DNA of 64,000 nucleotides from Bacillota bacterium (lineage in GTDB: Bacteria; Bacillota; UBA994; UBA5500), in the NCBI GenBank assembly GCA_029781045.1, contig JAKOXL010000029.1:86627-150626 (forward strand), given 5' to 3'. The notes under the pieces were generated by a model. The model was not told where the DNA came from and ran no database searches. It saw only the letters and a program-made list of their open reading frames with translations. Shown in pieces: positions 31,995 to 41,787 of the stretch. Position 1 is the first letter of the stretch. Each line of letters starts with the position of its first letter. Made by a program: the position numbers and the translations under genes.

Positions 31995-32186
31995 ATGAAT
32001 AGGAGAACACCTAAACGTACCGAACAGATGCTAGCAGACATGGAACGTTGGCGGCTGGAGATAGCCGAAGAACTAGGGCTCATTGAAAATGTTAGCCAAG
32101 TCCGGTATCCCTTGGGACCTCATCCCGTCCTACGCCCTCAGCATCAGCGGCCCAACTCAACAGCCAAACAGCGCAACAACTCGTGA
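31995..32186 (+). CDS. Small protein with an alpha/beta-type SASP-like N-terminal motif
   Basis: Strong RBS GAGGAGGGG. RLEIAEELGL fits SASP signature 1 except for K to R, and signature 2 is absent. A terminator hairpin lies at 32192-32215. Confidence 0.45.
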   Translation: MNRRTPKRTEQMLADMERWRLEIAEELGLIENVSQVRYPLGPHPVLRPQHQRPNSTAKQRNNS

Positions 32187-32223
32187 CTTATTGGCCCTTG
32201 CTCAACCAAGGGCCTTATTGCAA

Positions 32224-32427
32224 TCAAGCTTGGTAAATGGTTACCGTCATTTCCTCCCCCTCTTTGCTTAAACCAAAGATGAACCCATAGTCCCGCAGGG
32301 TACGGTTACACATGTCGATGATCTTGTACAGCTCCGGGTGCGCAGCGATCCGTTTGCTGGCTAGAACTCGCAATGGCTCGGGAGATGTAAGTCTACTCTC
32401 CGCCCTTGTTGTTGTCTCCATCGACAT
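32224..32427 (-). CDS. Hypothetical small protein downstream of surE
   Basis: 67-aa ORF overlapping the surE 3' end. No motif recognised and the start is uncertain. Confidence 0.35.
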   Translation of the reverse strand: MSMETTTRAESRLTSPEPLRVLASKRIAAHPELYKIIDMCNRTLRDYGFIFGLSKEGEEMTVTIYQA

Positions 32428-33217
32428 CCTCTATCTCCCCCCTATCCAGTGGCAATTGTAAATCCCATGCCTTGATAGTATCCAGCAGACGATAATTCGT
32501 TAGGTCAAAGTGTATAGGCGTAACAGAGACATAGCCATTCTTAACTGCCCAAACATCCGTGTGTTCACCGTTATTGTCCTCCGGTATCTGCCCAGCCAAC
32601 CAATAATAGGTGCCGCCCCAAGGATCCTTACGCTCTAGGATGGGATTGTCGTAATGCAGGCGGCCTAGAGTGGTCACTTTGATTCCACGTACTTCAGTCA
32701 GTTTCAAAGGAGGGAAATTAACATTGAGTAGTGTATCAGCTGGCCACGACCTTTCCCGCAGGGCTTGTATTAGATGGCGTGACAACTTGGCCACCAGTTC
32801 AAAATCCGGGTTGATAAACTCAGCCAATGAGAGGGCAATCGCGGGCAGCCCCAACATCACTCCCTCCAGTGCTGCTGAGACGGTACCCGAGTATAGCACA
32901 TCGGTCCCCAAATTGGCCCCTCGGTTTATGCCCGAGACAATGAGATCAATTTCTCTACGAAAAAGCCCGTCAATGGCCAATTTGACGCAATCAGCCGGCG
33001 TACCGCTAATCGCATAGGCGGCTTCGGCACCCGGTACTACGGCCGGTTTAGCTCTCAGAGGTTGAAACATGGTGATGGCATGGCCCGTAGCGCTGCGTTC
33101 CTGATCGGGAGCGGCGACAAAGACCTTTCCGACCTTAGCAAGCTCGCACACCAAACAATGCAACCCGGGAGCTAAAACCCCGTCATCGTTAGTAACTAGA
33201 ATACGTAGTGTCTTCAT
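32393..33217 (-). CDS. surE: 5'/3'-nucleotidase SurE
   Basis: MKTLRILVTNDDG and GINRGANLG motifs. RBS GAGGTGGA. Confidence 0.9.
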   Translation of the reverse strand: MKTLRILVTNDDGVLAPGLHCLVCELAKVGKVFVAAPDQERSATGHAITMFQPLRAKPAVVPGAEAAYAISGTPADCVKLAIDGLFRREIDLIVSGINRGANLGTDVLYSGTVSAALEGVMLGLPAIALSLAEFINPDFELVAKLSRHLIQALRERSWPADTLLNVNFPPLKLTEVRGIKVTTLGRLHYDNPILERKDPWGGTYYWLAGQIPEDNNGEHTDVWAVKNGYVSVTPIHFDLTNYRLLDTIKAWDLQLPLDRGEIEDVDGDNNKGGE

Positions 33218-33339
33218 CTTCCACCTCAACAGAATGCAGTTAGTCCTATTATACGTTACTAAAAAACATCTTGCACGTTTTTGGCAACATGATGCCATGG
33301 CAGCCGGGGAAACCTAGAGTAGAAGGAGGTGAGGCTGCC

Positions 33340-33816
33340 ATGCACAAGAGGTTAGTTCAAGCAACCGCTGTTGTTCTCATAGTAGCCAGCCTAACGGGCT
33401 GCATGCCTTTTAGACGCCCTGCGCCTACGCCGACACCTACACCTGATACTCCCATGGCACCACAGCCGGAGCAGCAGAATGTGCAGGCCACTGTGGCTGA
33501 TCGCATTATGAAACTGGTAAACGCGATGCCAGAAGTCAAAGCCAGTTACGCTTTGGTAGTGGGAAACGTGGCCATGGTGGGAGTGGACCTGCGAGATCGG
33601 CTTTCCGGCGACAAGGAAAACGAGCTGAAGAGCCGCATTAGCGCTGAGACTAAGAAGCAATTTCCTGAGCTGGCCGAAGTATGGGTTACCGCCGATCCGG
33701 ACTTGGTGACCCGCATTCGTGAGTTAGCTGGTCGTATCAGTCGTGGCGAGCCAATTACCGGTTTCTTTGATCAGATTACCGAAATTGCCAAGAAACTACA
33801 ACCGCAAGGAAGCTAG
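33340..33816 (+). CDS. YhcN/YlaJ-family sporulation lipoprotein
   Basis: Lipobox LTGC, a Pro-rich linker and a family-like C-terminal domain. RBS GAAGGAGGTGAGG. Confidence 0.65.
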   Translation: MHKRLVQATAVVLIVASLTGCMPFRRPAPTPTPTPDTPMAPQPEQQNVQATVADRIMKLVNAMPEVKASYALVVGNVAMVGVDLRDRLSGDKENELKSRISAETKKQFPELAEVWVTADPDLVTRIRELAGRISRGEPITGFFDQITEIAKKLQPQGS

Positions 33817-33856
33817 GGCAAAGTCAAAGCGAGCTCATATCTATGAGCTCGCTTCG

Positions 33857-34699
33857 TCATATTTCTTGAATCTGTGGGACATCGGCCATCAAGTACACAT
33901 TCTGCAACACCGGGTCTAATATGCCAAATAACGCGTCCTGCACCTTGTTCCTTAATGTGAGTAGTAGATGGGGCACCAACACCAGGGCTGCATTTAGATA
34001 CTCGACGGGCTGAAGTCCCAAAAGCTGCTGTTTCCTTTCTTCCCACTGCCAATGTTCCCAACTAAAACTCTTATCCTCCATGCGGATCCTGCGGTGTCTT
34101 TCATGGGCTTGAGCCGTATCGCACCAAATCAAGCTAGACCTGCCTGTTTCTGGGTTGCTGAGTTGCTCCTCCAGTAGGCTGGCTGCTGTCTGAAACGCTT
34201 CTTCCAGGCTGATATTGGGGGAAACAATAGTCGGTACACCCTTTGTTGACAAGGGGAAGTCTCTTAGTAACTGCAGCAGGCGAGGAGCTACCTGACCATT
34301 AAAGAGACTAATGGGAACCGCAACCACAGGACCGTTTTCGCTATCTTGGAAGAGGGCAAAATAGTACACCACAAAGGGACCTACCACCAACTCCATTTTG
34401 CTTACATTGTCGGGATCAAAAGGTGGCTTGAGCTTAAGGGCCCCATTGAGGAGAGCTTGTTCGCACCCCACGAACTGAGCCACCAGCTCTTCCTCCTGTG
34501 GCGGACGCTGGGCTTCCAATGCTTCTTGAATTGTGACAAATTCTAGGCGCGACGCTTGAGTAGTGAAATCGGTGGTGACTATACTGCCGGCCTGTTCCAT
34601 TTGCTGCCTACCGCTCTGTTCAATAAAATATATGACCTTACTGGCATCGCCATCAGGAGTAACTACTTTTAGGCGCTGCCATTTGCAGCTGGTGACCAT
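33857..34699 (-). CDS. Hypothetical protein, 280 aa
   Basis: Long clean ORF with no recognisable motif. Confidence 0.55.
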   Translation of the reverse strand: MVTSCKWQRLKVVTPDGDASKVIYFIEQSGRQQMEQAGSIVTTDFTTQASRLEFVTIQEALEAQRPPQEEELVAQFVGCEQALLNGALKLKPPFDPDNVSKMELVVGPFVVYYFALFQDSENGPVVAVPISLFNGQVAPRLLQLLRDFPLSTKGVPTIVSPNISLEEAFQTAASLLEEQLSNPETGRSSLIWCDTAQAHERHRRIRMEDKSFSWEHWQWEERKQQLLGLQPVEYLNAALVLVPHLLLTLRNKVQDALFGILDPVLQNVYLMADVPQIQEI

Positions 34700-34879
34700 T
34701 CCATCACCTCTTTTCTAGCAGCTATCGATATGCTGCCCCTTTATTCTAGCATGCTGCTAGTCGAGAGAAGTTATGGCGTCAAAGTGTGGCTGTATAGGAA
34801 ACACTTTGTTATAACGCTTTTACAATAAGGGCTACCGATCTGTTCTATGGGTCAGTAGCCCGTAAGAACAGGTAGTTAT

Positions 34880-35743
34880 TTACTGACGGGAAATGCCTAA
34901 ATAATCAGCAATATTGGCTTTCTCCACCACCAGAGGCCGAATCTTGCCTGTGCTACTGCTAAAAATAGTCACTACGCCCGGACCGTGACCTGCCAGTAGG
35001 CAATCACTATGCACAATGACGCCTATAGTTATGGCACCCTTTAAGTAACCGCGCCCAAAGGTGGTATCACAATCTCGCAATGCCACCACATCGCCAAAAC
35101 GCAGTTTGCCTAAATTAAATTGCTCATAGGCTTCTCTGTCGGCGGTCATGATGTCATAGTCACCGCGGTACGCAGTAGACGACCCGATACCGGAGCCCAT
35201 CAGGTATGCAGGCACTTCGACAGCGACAGGAACCTCTAACACCCCGTCGGCACCAACACTAACATTCATCCTGTCTAACAAACTGGGGTCTAGATTCATC
35301 ACCGTTACTTCAGGGCAATCCTCTATCTTTAATCCGGTACCGAAACTCTTTACCAGCACTTTGTCCCCTATTGCCATCTTCTCTAAAGCTTCTTGGGGGA
35401 AGTAGATCAGCGTATGCTCACAGCCTCCGTGAGTACCCGTAACATATCCCTTTGCTCCTTTAGCCTCACCGGACACTACTCTTGCCTCATTTCCGATGCA
35501 GGCTAGAGTAGTAAGGCCGGCATTCTCCATTTCATTCGGGTTCTTTATAGATACGCCGGGCTCCACGTGGTCCACCTCAAACCCCATGCAATTGTCGCCA
35601 ACCTGGATATTATAAGTAATACCACCAGTTCCGGGCAAGACCACGGGCTTCCCATAAGCTGTGATCTTGTAGTTTGCCATCCGAGGATGGGTAACTTCCC
35701 CCTGTACGCTTAACATCGCCAACTTGTCCACATTCGTCTTCAT
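34880..35743 (-). CDS. Conserved hypothetical protein (possibly DUF4438)
   Basis: RBS GGGAGG lies 7 nt before the ATG at 35743. The family assignment is from memory only. Confidence 0.5.
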   Translation of the reverse strand: MKTNVDKLAMLSVQGEVTHPRMANYKITAYGKPVVLPGTGGITYNIQVGDNCMGFEVDHVEPGVSIKNPNEMENAGLTTLACIGNEARVVSGEAKGAKGYVTGTHGGCEHTLIYFPQEALEKMAIGDKVLVKSFGTGLKIEDCPEVTVMNLDPSLLDRMNVSVGADGVLEVPVAVEVPAYLMGSGIGSSTAYRGDYDIMTADREAYEQFNLGKLRFGDVVALRDCDTTFGRGYLKGAITIGVIVHSDCLLAGHGPGVVTIFSSSTGKIRPLVVEKANIADYLGISRQ

Positions 35744-35787
35744 CTGACTACCTCCCATAAACCGTCTATTTGGTGCTGACGTGAAAA

Positions 35788-37944
35788 CTAAGGTCTAACA
35801 TTAATCATATATTCATTACTAATGATCCGCTTGTTAGGTAAAGTAAGCGATAGCTCCAAGGTCAGCTGACAATCCATGTTTAGTTCTTCCGGCACGATAA
35901 ATGTTAGGGTGCCTACTCGAGATACTGCATCCGCCTCCACCTCGGCCACACCCCGTTCTCGCATTATGACTTTATCGCCCATTCTTAACTGCCATAGTAA
36001 GCCCATAACAGGTAGCGGCCGTGAGTAGTCGTTAACCACATAAATAGAGGCGGACCACCTTTCACCTGGAACAAAATAGCTCTTGGGCCAATCAATCATC
36101 ACCTGTACTGGTTCCATCGCCCGCCGGATCACATGGTAGGCCAGCTTTGGTTCCCGGTGCCAATCCAAGAGGGACCAAGAAACGAGTGGCCAAGCATCAG
36201 CGAAGTAGAAGACGACCGCACCACTACACGGCTGATGTTTGCGGAGCCGCAAGTATTCACTGTAATACTGTACAAGCTCGGCCTGATACTTCTGGGTTGC
36301 CTCTATGTAACTATCCCAATCATCATAGTCGCAGGGCGGCACATGGCTCTGCAACAGATCAACATCAGCCAGAAGGGTCTCTGCCATCGTCTTCCAGTCA
36401 ATGTGGGGCCAAGATCCTAGATGGGATAACAGTTCGAGGCCCTGCGGGATCGACTGGGCTCCGTATTCGTTCACTAAGCGAATAATCCGGGGGAATAGAC
36501 GGCTCAACCAGGTCAAGGTTCTATACTCCTTCGTGTTCCATCCGTAATAGTGATGGGTTGCAGAACCGCCACGCAACAACCCCAGTACCCCGGAATGGGG
36601 AACCACAGGCCGACTCTGGTCTAGCTGCAGAACCGCCTCTTGCAGGCGTGGATCTAAGATATCCTTGTTCCAACTGGGCCTTACGTTTCTCAATATGTTT
36701 GCAAACATGGCACCATAGCCGCTGGCACCCCCCCGCTCCTGCCCCGGTTGAGCATAGGGCTCGTTATGGCAAGACCATATGCAGACGGCTGGCTCATTGC
36801 GGAGGGACCCCACCATAGCCCGAATCTGGCGCAATGCCATTCCGGTAATATTCCTTTCGTATCTTTTGTCCAAAGGAAAGTCTTGCCACACAAGTACTCC
36901 CGCAGATGCGCAGTACTCATAAAACTTAGGTAGCGCTATATGGTTATACAGCCGAACCATATTAAAGTTGGCTGCCCTGATTAGTTCCAGATCCCTCTCC
37001 AAATCTTTTTCTCCCACAGTTGCAGGATAGAAGCTGGTGGGGCCATAGTTCACTCCTCTTAGGAAGATGCGGCGACCGTTTAGAAACAGTTGCCAATTCT
37101 TCCACGCCAGCTCTCGCACTCCCAAATGCGTACTAATCCTATCAACTTCACTACCCTGCTCATCAGTCAGCAGCAGATGCAGATCGTATAGATTAGGACT
37201 CCCCTGATCCCATGTCCACCACAACTTGGGATCCGGAAGGGTTAGTCTGAGATCCAAGGAGTTGGTTCCGGGTTGAACGGGTAGAGAAAAATCCTGGGCC
37301 ACTCCTTTGCCGACAAAGTTCCGAGGATAAACCTTCAAGCTGGCCCTAACTTGCCCCGCTACTGATCGCCAAACAAAGGAGGCCTGTACCCTGATTTGCG
37401 CTGAATTCCAACTGGTTAAGCGCGTATCAATCTGTGGACTCTGCAAATAGCCACGAAAAGTTTCTAGTAGGGTTACCGGGCCCCAGATTCCTCCTGGATT
37501 AACAAGGTCTGGCTTACAGTCCCACTCTCCATATACTCCCATGATAATATCGCGCCAGGAAGCCCCCGTCGGTGGGCAATCAACCCGAAGGGCGAGAACG
37601 TTATCTTTGGCTTGCAGCAACTCGGGGCGGATTTCCCAAGTCATAGGAGTAAAGTAGCCGTCGTGGCTTCCAAGCAACTCGCCGTTAAGCCAAACGGTGG
37701 TTTGATAAAAAGCTCCCCCGATGCACAGGCGAGTTACCGGCCAAGTCAGGGTGGGTTGCCAATCAAAATGAGTACGATAAAAGACGCTACCCTGATGGGT
37801 AGCCAGCCTAGGTTCGAGTTGCCAGTGGCCAGGAACAGATAGCAAGAACTCCGGCTCCAGTGCAAAATCAAGCCGGTAAAAGCTATCAGCCACGGCGGTA
37901 CTGGTCCATGCTTGCCACTGACCGCCAAGATCATGTCTTGGCAT
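35788..37944 (-). CDS. Glycoside hydrolase family 2 (beta-mannosidase / beta-galactosidase-like)
   Basis: 718 aa with an N-terminal sugar-binding domain and a TIM barrel (NMVRLYNH, WSCHNEP). Confidence 0.75.
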   Translation of the reverse strand: MPRHDLGGQWQAWTSTAVADSFYRLDFALEPEFLLSVPGHWQLEPRLATHQGSVFYRTHFDWQPTLTWPVTRLCIGGAFYQTTVWLNGELLGSHDGYFTPMTWEIRPELLQAKDNVLALRVDCPPTGASWRDIIMGVYGEWDCKPDLVNPGGIWGPVTLLETFRGYLQSPQIDTRLTSWNSAQIRVQASFVWRSVAGQVRASLKVYPRNFVGKGVAQDFSLPVQPGTNSLDLRLTLPDPKLWWTWDQGSPNLYDLHLLLTDEQGSEVDRISTHLGVRELAWKNWQLFLNGRRIFLRGVNYGPTSFYPATVGEKDLERDLELIRAANFNMVRLYNHIALPKFYEYCASAGVLVWQDFPLDKRYERNITGMALRQIRAMVGSLRNEPAVCIWSCHNEPYAQPGQERGGASGYGAMFANILRNVRPSWNKDILDPRLQEAVLQLDQSRPVVPHSGVLGLLRGGSATHHYYGWNTKEYRTLTWLSRLFPRIIRLVNEYGAQSIPQGLELLSHLGSWPHIDWKTMAETLLADVDLLQSHVPPCDYDDWDSYIEATQKYQAELVQYYSEYLRLRKHQPCSGAVVFYFADAWPLVSWSLLDWHREPKLAYHVIRRAMEPVQVMIDWPKSYFVPGERWSASIYVVNDYSRPLPVMGLLWQLRMGDKVIMRERGVAEVEADAVSRVGTLTFIVPEELNMDCQLTLELSLTLPNKRIISNEYMINVRP

Positions 37945-37960
37945 GCTCTCACCTCACTTT

Positions 37961-38995
37961 CTATCGCAATGCCATCAACTTACTGTCAAATGGCGGATAG
38001 ACTAAACCCTTTTCCGTAATCAAAGCTGTCACCAAGCGGGCCGGTGTAACGTCAAAGGCCGGGTTCCATACTCGGGTAGCCTCTGGTGCTAACGGAACAC
38101 CACCCACATGAGTGACTTCTCTTGCCTCCCTCTCTTCGATGATAATCTCTTCACCCGACCTAATGCTTAAATCCAAGGTAGACAAGGGGCATGCCACGTA
38201 AAAGGGAATCTGATGTTCTTTAGCCAACACCGCCAATGTATATGTGCCAATCTTATTGGCCACATCGCCATTGGCTGCCACGCGGTCTGCCCCCACGATG
38301 ACCAGATCCACCCCTCCCCGTGCCATCAACCAACCCGCCATACTATCTGTAATCAGCGTTACAGGTATCCCATCCTGCATCAATTCAAAGGTTGTAAGGC
38401 GACTACCCTGTAAATAGGGCCGTGTCTCATCGGCAAAGACCTCTACTTTCTTCCCCTGTTCAACGGCGGCTCTAACTACACCCAATGCCGTACCGTACCC
38501 GACGGTCGCCAAGGCTCCCGCATTGCAATGGGTAAGTATACGTGCCGCATTCGGTACTAGTTCAGCCCCAAAACGTCCGATGGCTCGGTTCACTTCCACA
38601 TCTTCCATCGCGATCGCATTGGCTTCCTGCTCCAATCGCACAGCTAACGAGTCCCCCGTCAGGCCAGCACCAGCCCGCAGCATGCGTTCTATAGCCCACG
38701 CCAAGTTTACTGCCGTGGGACGTGTGGACCTTAGTTCGGCGGCGGCCTTAACCATGGTCTCTTGACAAATGGCTGGACTCAACTCATGTCGACAACCTTG
38801 GGCCGCCAAAACCAGTCCGTAGGCGGCTGAGGCACCAATGGCGGGTGCACCACGTACTATCATGTGCCGAATAGCCCATGCCACATCTTGGTATGTATGG
38901 CACTCAACCCATTCAATAGTAGCCGGTAATTTGGTCTGGTCCAACAGCCGTAAACTATGACCAGTCCAGTCGATTGCTTGCATAAATCGTACCAT
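37961..38995 (-). CDS. mtnA: S-methyl-5-thioribose-1-phosphate isomerase
   Basis: eIF-2B alpha/beta/delta-like MtnA pattern (VRGAPAIG, THCNAGALAT, VGADRVAANGD). Confidence 0.9.
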   Translation of the reverse strand: MVRFMQAIDWTGHSLRLLDQTKLPATIEWVECHTYQDVAWAIRHMIVRGAPAIGASAAYGLVLAAQGCRHELSPAICQETMVKAAAELRSTRPTAVNLAWAIERMLRAGAGLTGDSLAVRLEQEANAIAMEDVEVNRAIGRFGAELVPNAARILTHCNAGALATVGYGTALGVVRAAVEQGKKVEVFADETRPYLQGSRLTTFELMQDGIPVTLITDSMAGWLMARGGVDLVIVGADRVAANGDVANKIGTYTLAVLAKEHQIPFYVACPLSTLDLSIRSGEEIIIEEREAREVTHVGGVPLAPEATRVWNPAFDVTPARLVTALITEKGLVYPPFDSKLMALR

Positions 38996-39045
38996 CCTTC
39001 CTCATAAGCGCTTACACGTCCCTTACTGTCTTCGCCGTTCGACAG

Positions 39046-39954
39046 CTACTTCCTTCTCTCCAGCTCAACAAGCAAATGGTCAAGGGATTGCCTCATCTGC
39101 AACACCGGCATAAAGAGATCGCCCTTATCTACAATGCGGCTACGGACGTTAGTTATAGTGAAATCTCCAGGGCGCACCTGCATATTCTCTATTTCTGCCC
39201 AGCTTAGAGGAACAGACACGGGGGCTTTAGGGCGAGGTCGTACGCCATACACAGTAGCTAGCGTCTTGCCTAGAGCATTTTGTAGGTAGTCCAGATACAG
39301 CTTGCCCTCTCTTTTCGCGATGTTCCGCTCTATAGTAGTAATTCGGGGAAGGGCCGCATGCACAGCCTGACACAAGGCCAGGGCCACCAAGCGAACTTGT
39401 TCATACGTGTACTTCGGTTGTATTGGCACGTAGACCTGAATGCCTGTGGCACCGGACAGCTTGGGGAAACCCTGCAACCCCCAAATTTCCAACCCTTTTC
39501 GCACTGCTAGAGCGGTTTCGCAAATGTGTTGCCAAGTGACTCTTTCCATAGGATCCAGATCTATGACCATAAACGATGGGTAGTGGATCTTGTCAACACT
39601 AGAAAGAAAAGGGTGAATCTCAAAGGCCCCCGTATTCACAACCCAGACTAGTGCGGCCACATCATCCACCAAACAATAGTTTATCACTCGACCCGTATCC
39701 GACTGCCAGGGAAAAGTCTTTAGCCATTTAGGGGCATATGGCGGCACATTCTTCTGGTAGAAAGACTTCCCCCGCCAACCCTCAGGGAAGCGGGTTAATA
39801 CGAGAGGCCTATCTTGCAGATGGGGCAATAACCAGGGGGCCACCTCAATATAGTAGTTTATGATATCGCCCTTGCTTATCCCCTCGTCCGGCCACCATAG
39901 CTTGTCAAGATTGGAGACTTCAACCTCTCGTTGCCCGATTCTAAGCGTACTCAT
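39046..39954 (-). CDS. ligD: NHEJ polymerase/primase (LigD Pol domain protein)
   Basis: LigD_Pol pattern (VSNLDKLWWP, FMVIDLDP). Its ATG overlaps the ligase TAA stop (TAATG). Confidence 0.85.
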   Translation of the reverse strand: MSTLRIGQREVEVSNLDKLWWPDEGISKGDIINYYIEVAPWLLPHLQDRPLVLTRFPEGWRGKSFYQKNVPPYAPKWLKTFPWQSDTGRVINYCLVDDVAALVWVVNTGAFEIHPFLSSVDKIHYPSFMVIDLDPMERVTWQHICETALAVRKGLEIWGLQGFPKLSGATGIQVYVPIQPKYTYEQVRLVALALCQAVHAALPRITTIERNIAKREGKLYLDYLQNALGKTLATVYGVRPRPKAPVSVPLSWAEIENMQVRPGDFTITNVRSRIVDKGDLFMPVLQMRQSLDHLLVELERRK

Positions 39955-40916
39955 TACCGTGCCTCCCTTGGGAACAGCTGGCAATGAACTTCCCTAGCTG
40001 GCAGAAAGCCCATGAGGACAGGTGCCCGCAACTTCCGATCGGGAGTCCACTCCAGAAATCGTACTTCTACCGCAAGGTGTGGTTCCACCCAGCGAATCTC
40101 CCGGTCACCGGTATATATAGGTGGGCGCGTTACAAAGGGGCTCTCCTTCCTCTCCGCCGCCTGCAGAAAAGTGAGCAATCCTTTCCAATCCGCATCGGTT
40201 AGACCACTGGCAGCGCGCCCCACGTATACAAGCCCTTCTTCTTCATAAAGACCTAGAAGTAGGGCAGACGGTTGACCATCGTGCAGAGTGTAGCCTCCCA
40301 CGATACACTGCAAGTAACGCCAATGCTTCACTTTACGCCAATAGGATCCGCTCTTTCCTGGAACATAGGGACTGGACAGACGTTTACAGACAATGCCCTC
40401 CCAGCCTAGTTGACCCACTGCTTGAAAGAGCTCTATACCGTGGGAGAAATTTTCTACCAGATGCAGCTGTTGGTTTCCCGACGGCCATGCCTCAGCCAGC
40501 TTCGCCTGCCGTTTTTCTAACGGCCAGTTACGAATGTCTTTCCCTTCCCAGTAGAGCAAGTCAAAGATCGCATAAGTAACGGGATACGATTTCATTCCCT
40601 CTCTGATAGCCGCCGCTTGTCGCCGCTGGTCCCGCTTTAGAACTAGTTCGAAGCGGGGTTTACCCTCTGCGAGAACTACTAGTTCTCCGTCTACTAGGGT
40701 TCCCGCAGGAAAGGCCGACGTCAATTGCGCAATCTCCGGATACTGCGGTGTACGGTCAGCGCCTTTTCGGTTTACCAAATGTACTCCGCCTTCCCACCAC
40801 AATGTGAGCATTCGTACTCCATCCCATTTCACCTGAAATGCCCATCCCGGGTCATTGAAAGCATATGGCCATAGCATCGGCTCCATAGGACGAAAATCGA
40901 AGTTCTCCATTGTCAC
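39954..40916 (-). CDS. ligD: ATP-dependent DNA ligase (LigD ligase domain protein)
   Basis: Adenylation motif I (QVKWDGVR) and an OB domain. The GTG start overlaps the ku stop. Confidence 0.85.
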   Translation of the reverse strand: MTMENFDFRPMEPMLWPYAFNDPGWAFQVKWDGVRMLTLWWEGGVHLVNRKGADRTPQYPEIAQLTSAFPAGTLVDGELVVLAEGKPRFELVLKRDQRRQAAAIREGMKSYPVTYAIFDLLYWEGKDIRNWPLEKRQAKLAEAWPSGNQQLHLVENFSHGIELFQAVGQLGWEGIVCKRLSSPYVPGKSGSYWRKVKHWRYLQCIVGGYTLHDGQPSALLLGLYEEEGLVYVGRAASGLTDADWKGLLTFLQAAERKESPFVTRPPIYTGDREIRWVEPHLAVEVRFLEWTPDRKLRAPVLMGFLPAREVHCQLFPREAR

Positions 40917-41716
40917 GCCCCCGTTTGATGCGCCGACCTTTTCTTCTTGTTCTCCTCCACCAGGGCCAAACTGGCCTGTAGGGCCTCCATCAAGTCAATC
41001 ACCTTACCCGGTTGCTGCCGCTCCGGTACGGCAACTGCCTGTCCTGCTATTTTGGCCTCAATCACTTTCAGCAACTCTTCCCTATACTCATCGGTATACT
41101 TTTCTGGCTGAAAAGGACTGGTCAGACTCTCAATCAACTGTGTGGCCATCTGAAGCTCCCTTTCCTGCAATGTGACTTCTTGTTCTGGTAACAGCACTGC
41201 CGCTGACCGAATCTCATCGGGATAGAACATAAGGGCTAAGGACAAGCACTCTGGTAGGACCCTTACCGCAGCTAGATGCTGCCGATCGCGCAAAACCACC
41301 TTCGCAATCGCTATCTTGCCGGTCTGCTCCATGGCCCTGCGCAGCAACCAATAGGCTTTCTGGCCCGTATCACCCACACCTAAATAATAGGATTTATAGA
41401 AGTAGATAGGATCAATTTCCGCTAAATCGACGAAGTCGATTATGTCAATGGAACGAGTCTGAGAGATGGCTAGAGCGTCTAGTTCTTCATCTTCCAAAAT
41501 CACAAACCGTCCTTTTTCGTACTCATAGGCTTTTACCAGCTCATCGGCCTCCACTTCCTGCTGACAGTTGGGGCAGAACTTGCGGTACTGGATCGGCGTA
41601 TGACAAGGTTTATGAAGGGCGCGAAAGCGAACATCCTTATCTTGCGTGGCTACAAACATCTTTACAGGTACGTTAACCAGACCAAAACTGATAGAACCAT
41701 TCCATATACTGCGCAT
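40913..41716 (-). CDS. ku: Ku DNA end-binding protein
   Basis: MRSIWNGSISFGLVNVPVKM N-terminus and a Ku core. Confidence 0.95.
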   Translation of the reverse strand: MRSIWNGSISFGLVNVPVKMFVATQDKDVRFRALHKPCHTPIQYRKFCPNCQQEVEADELVKAYEYEKGRFVILEDEELDALAISQTRSIDIIDFVDLAEIDPIYFYKSYYLGVGDTGQKAYWLLRRAMEQTGKIAIAKVVLRDRQHLAAVRVLPECLSLALMFYPDEIRSAAVLLPEQEVTLQERELQMATQLIESLTSPFQPEKYTDEYREELLKVIEAKIAGQAVAVPERQQPGKVIDLMEALQASLALVEENKKKRSAHQTGA

Positions 41717-41787
41717 AAGAAAACCACCTCCAGTAGGCCTCTACATGTAGCCTAACCTTGGGTGGTTTCCTTTAGTCTTTCTCAGAC

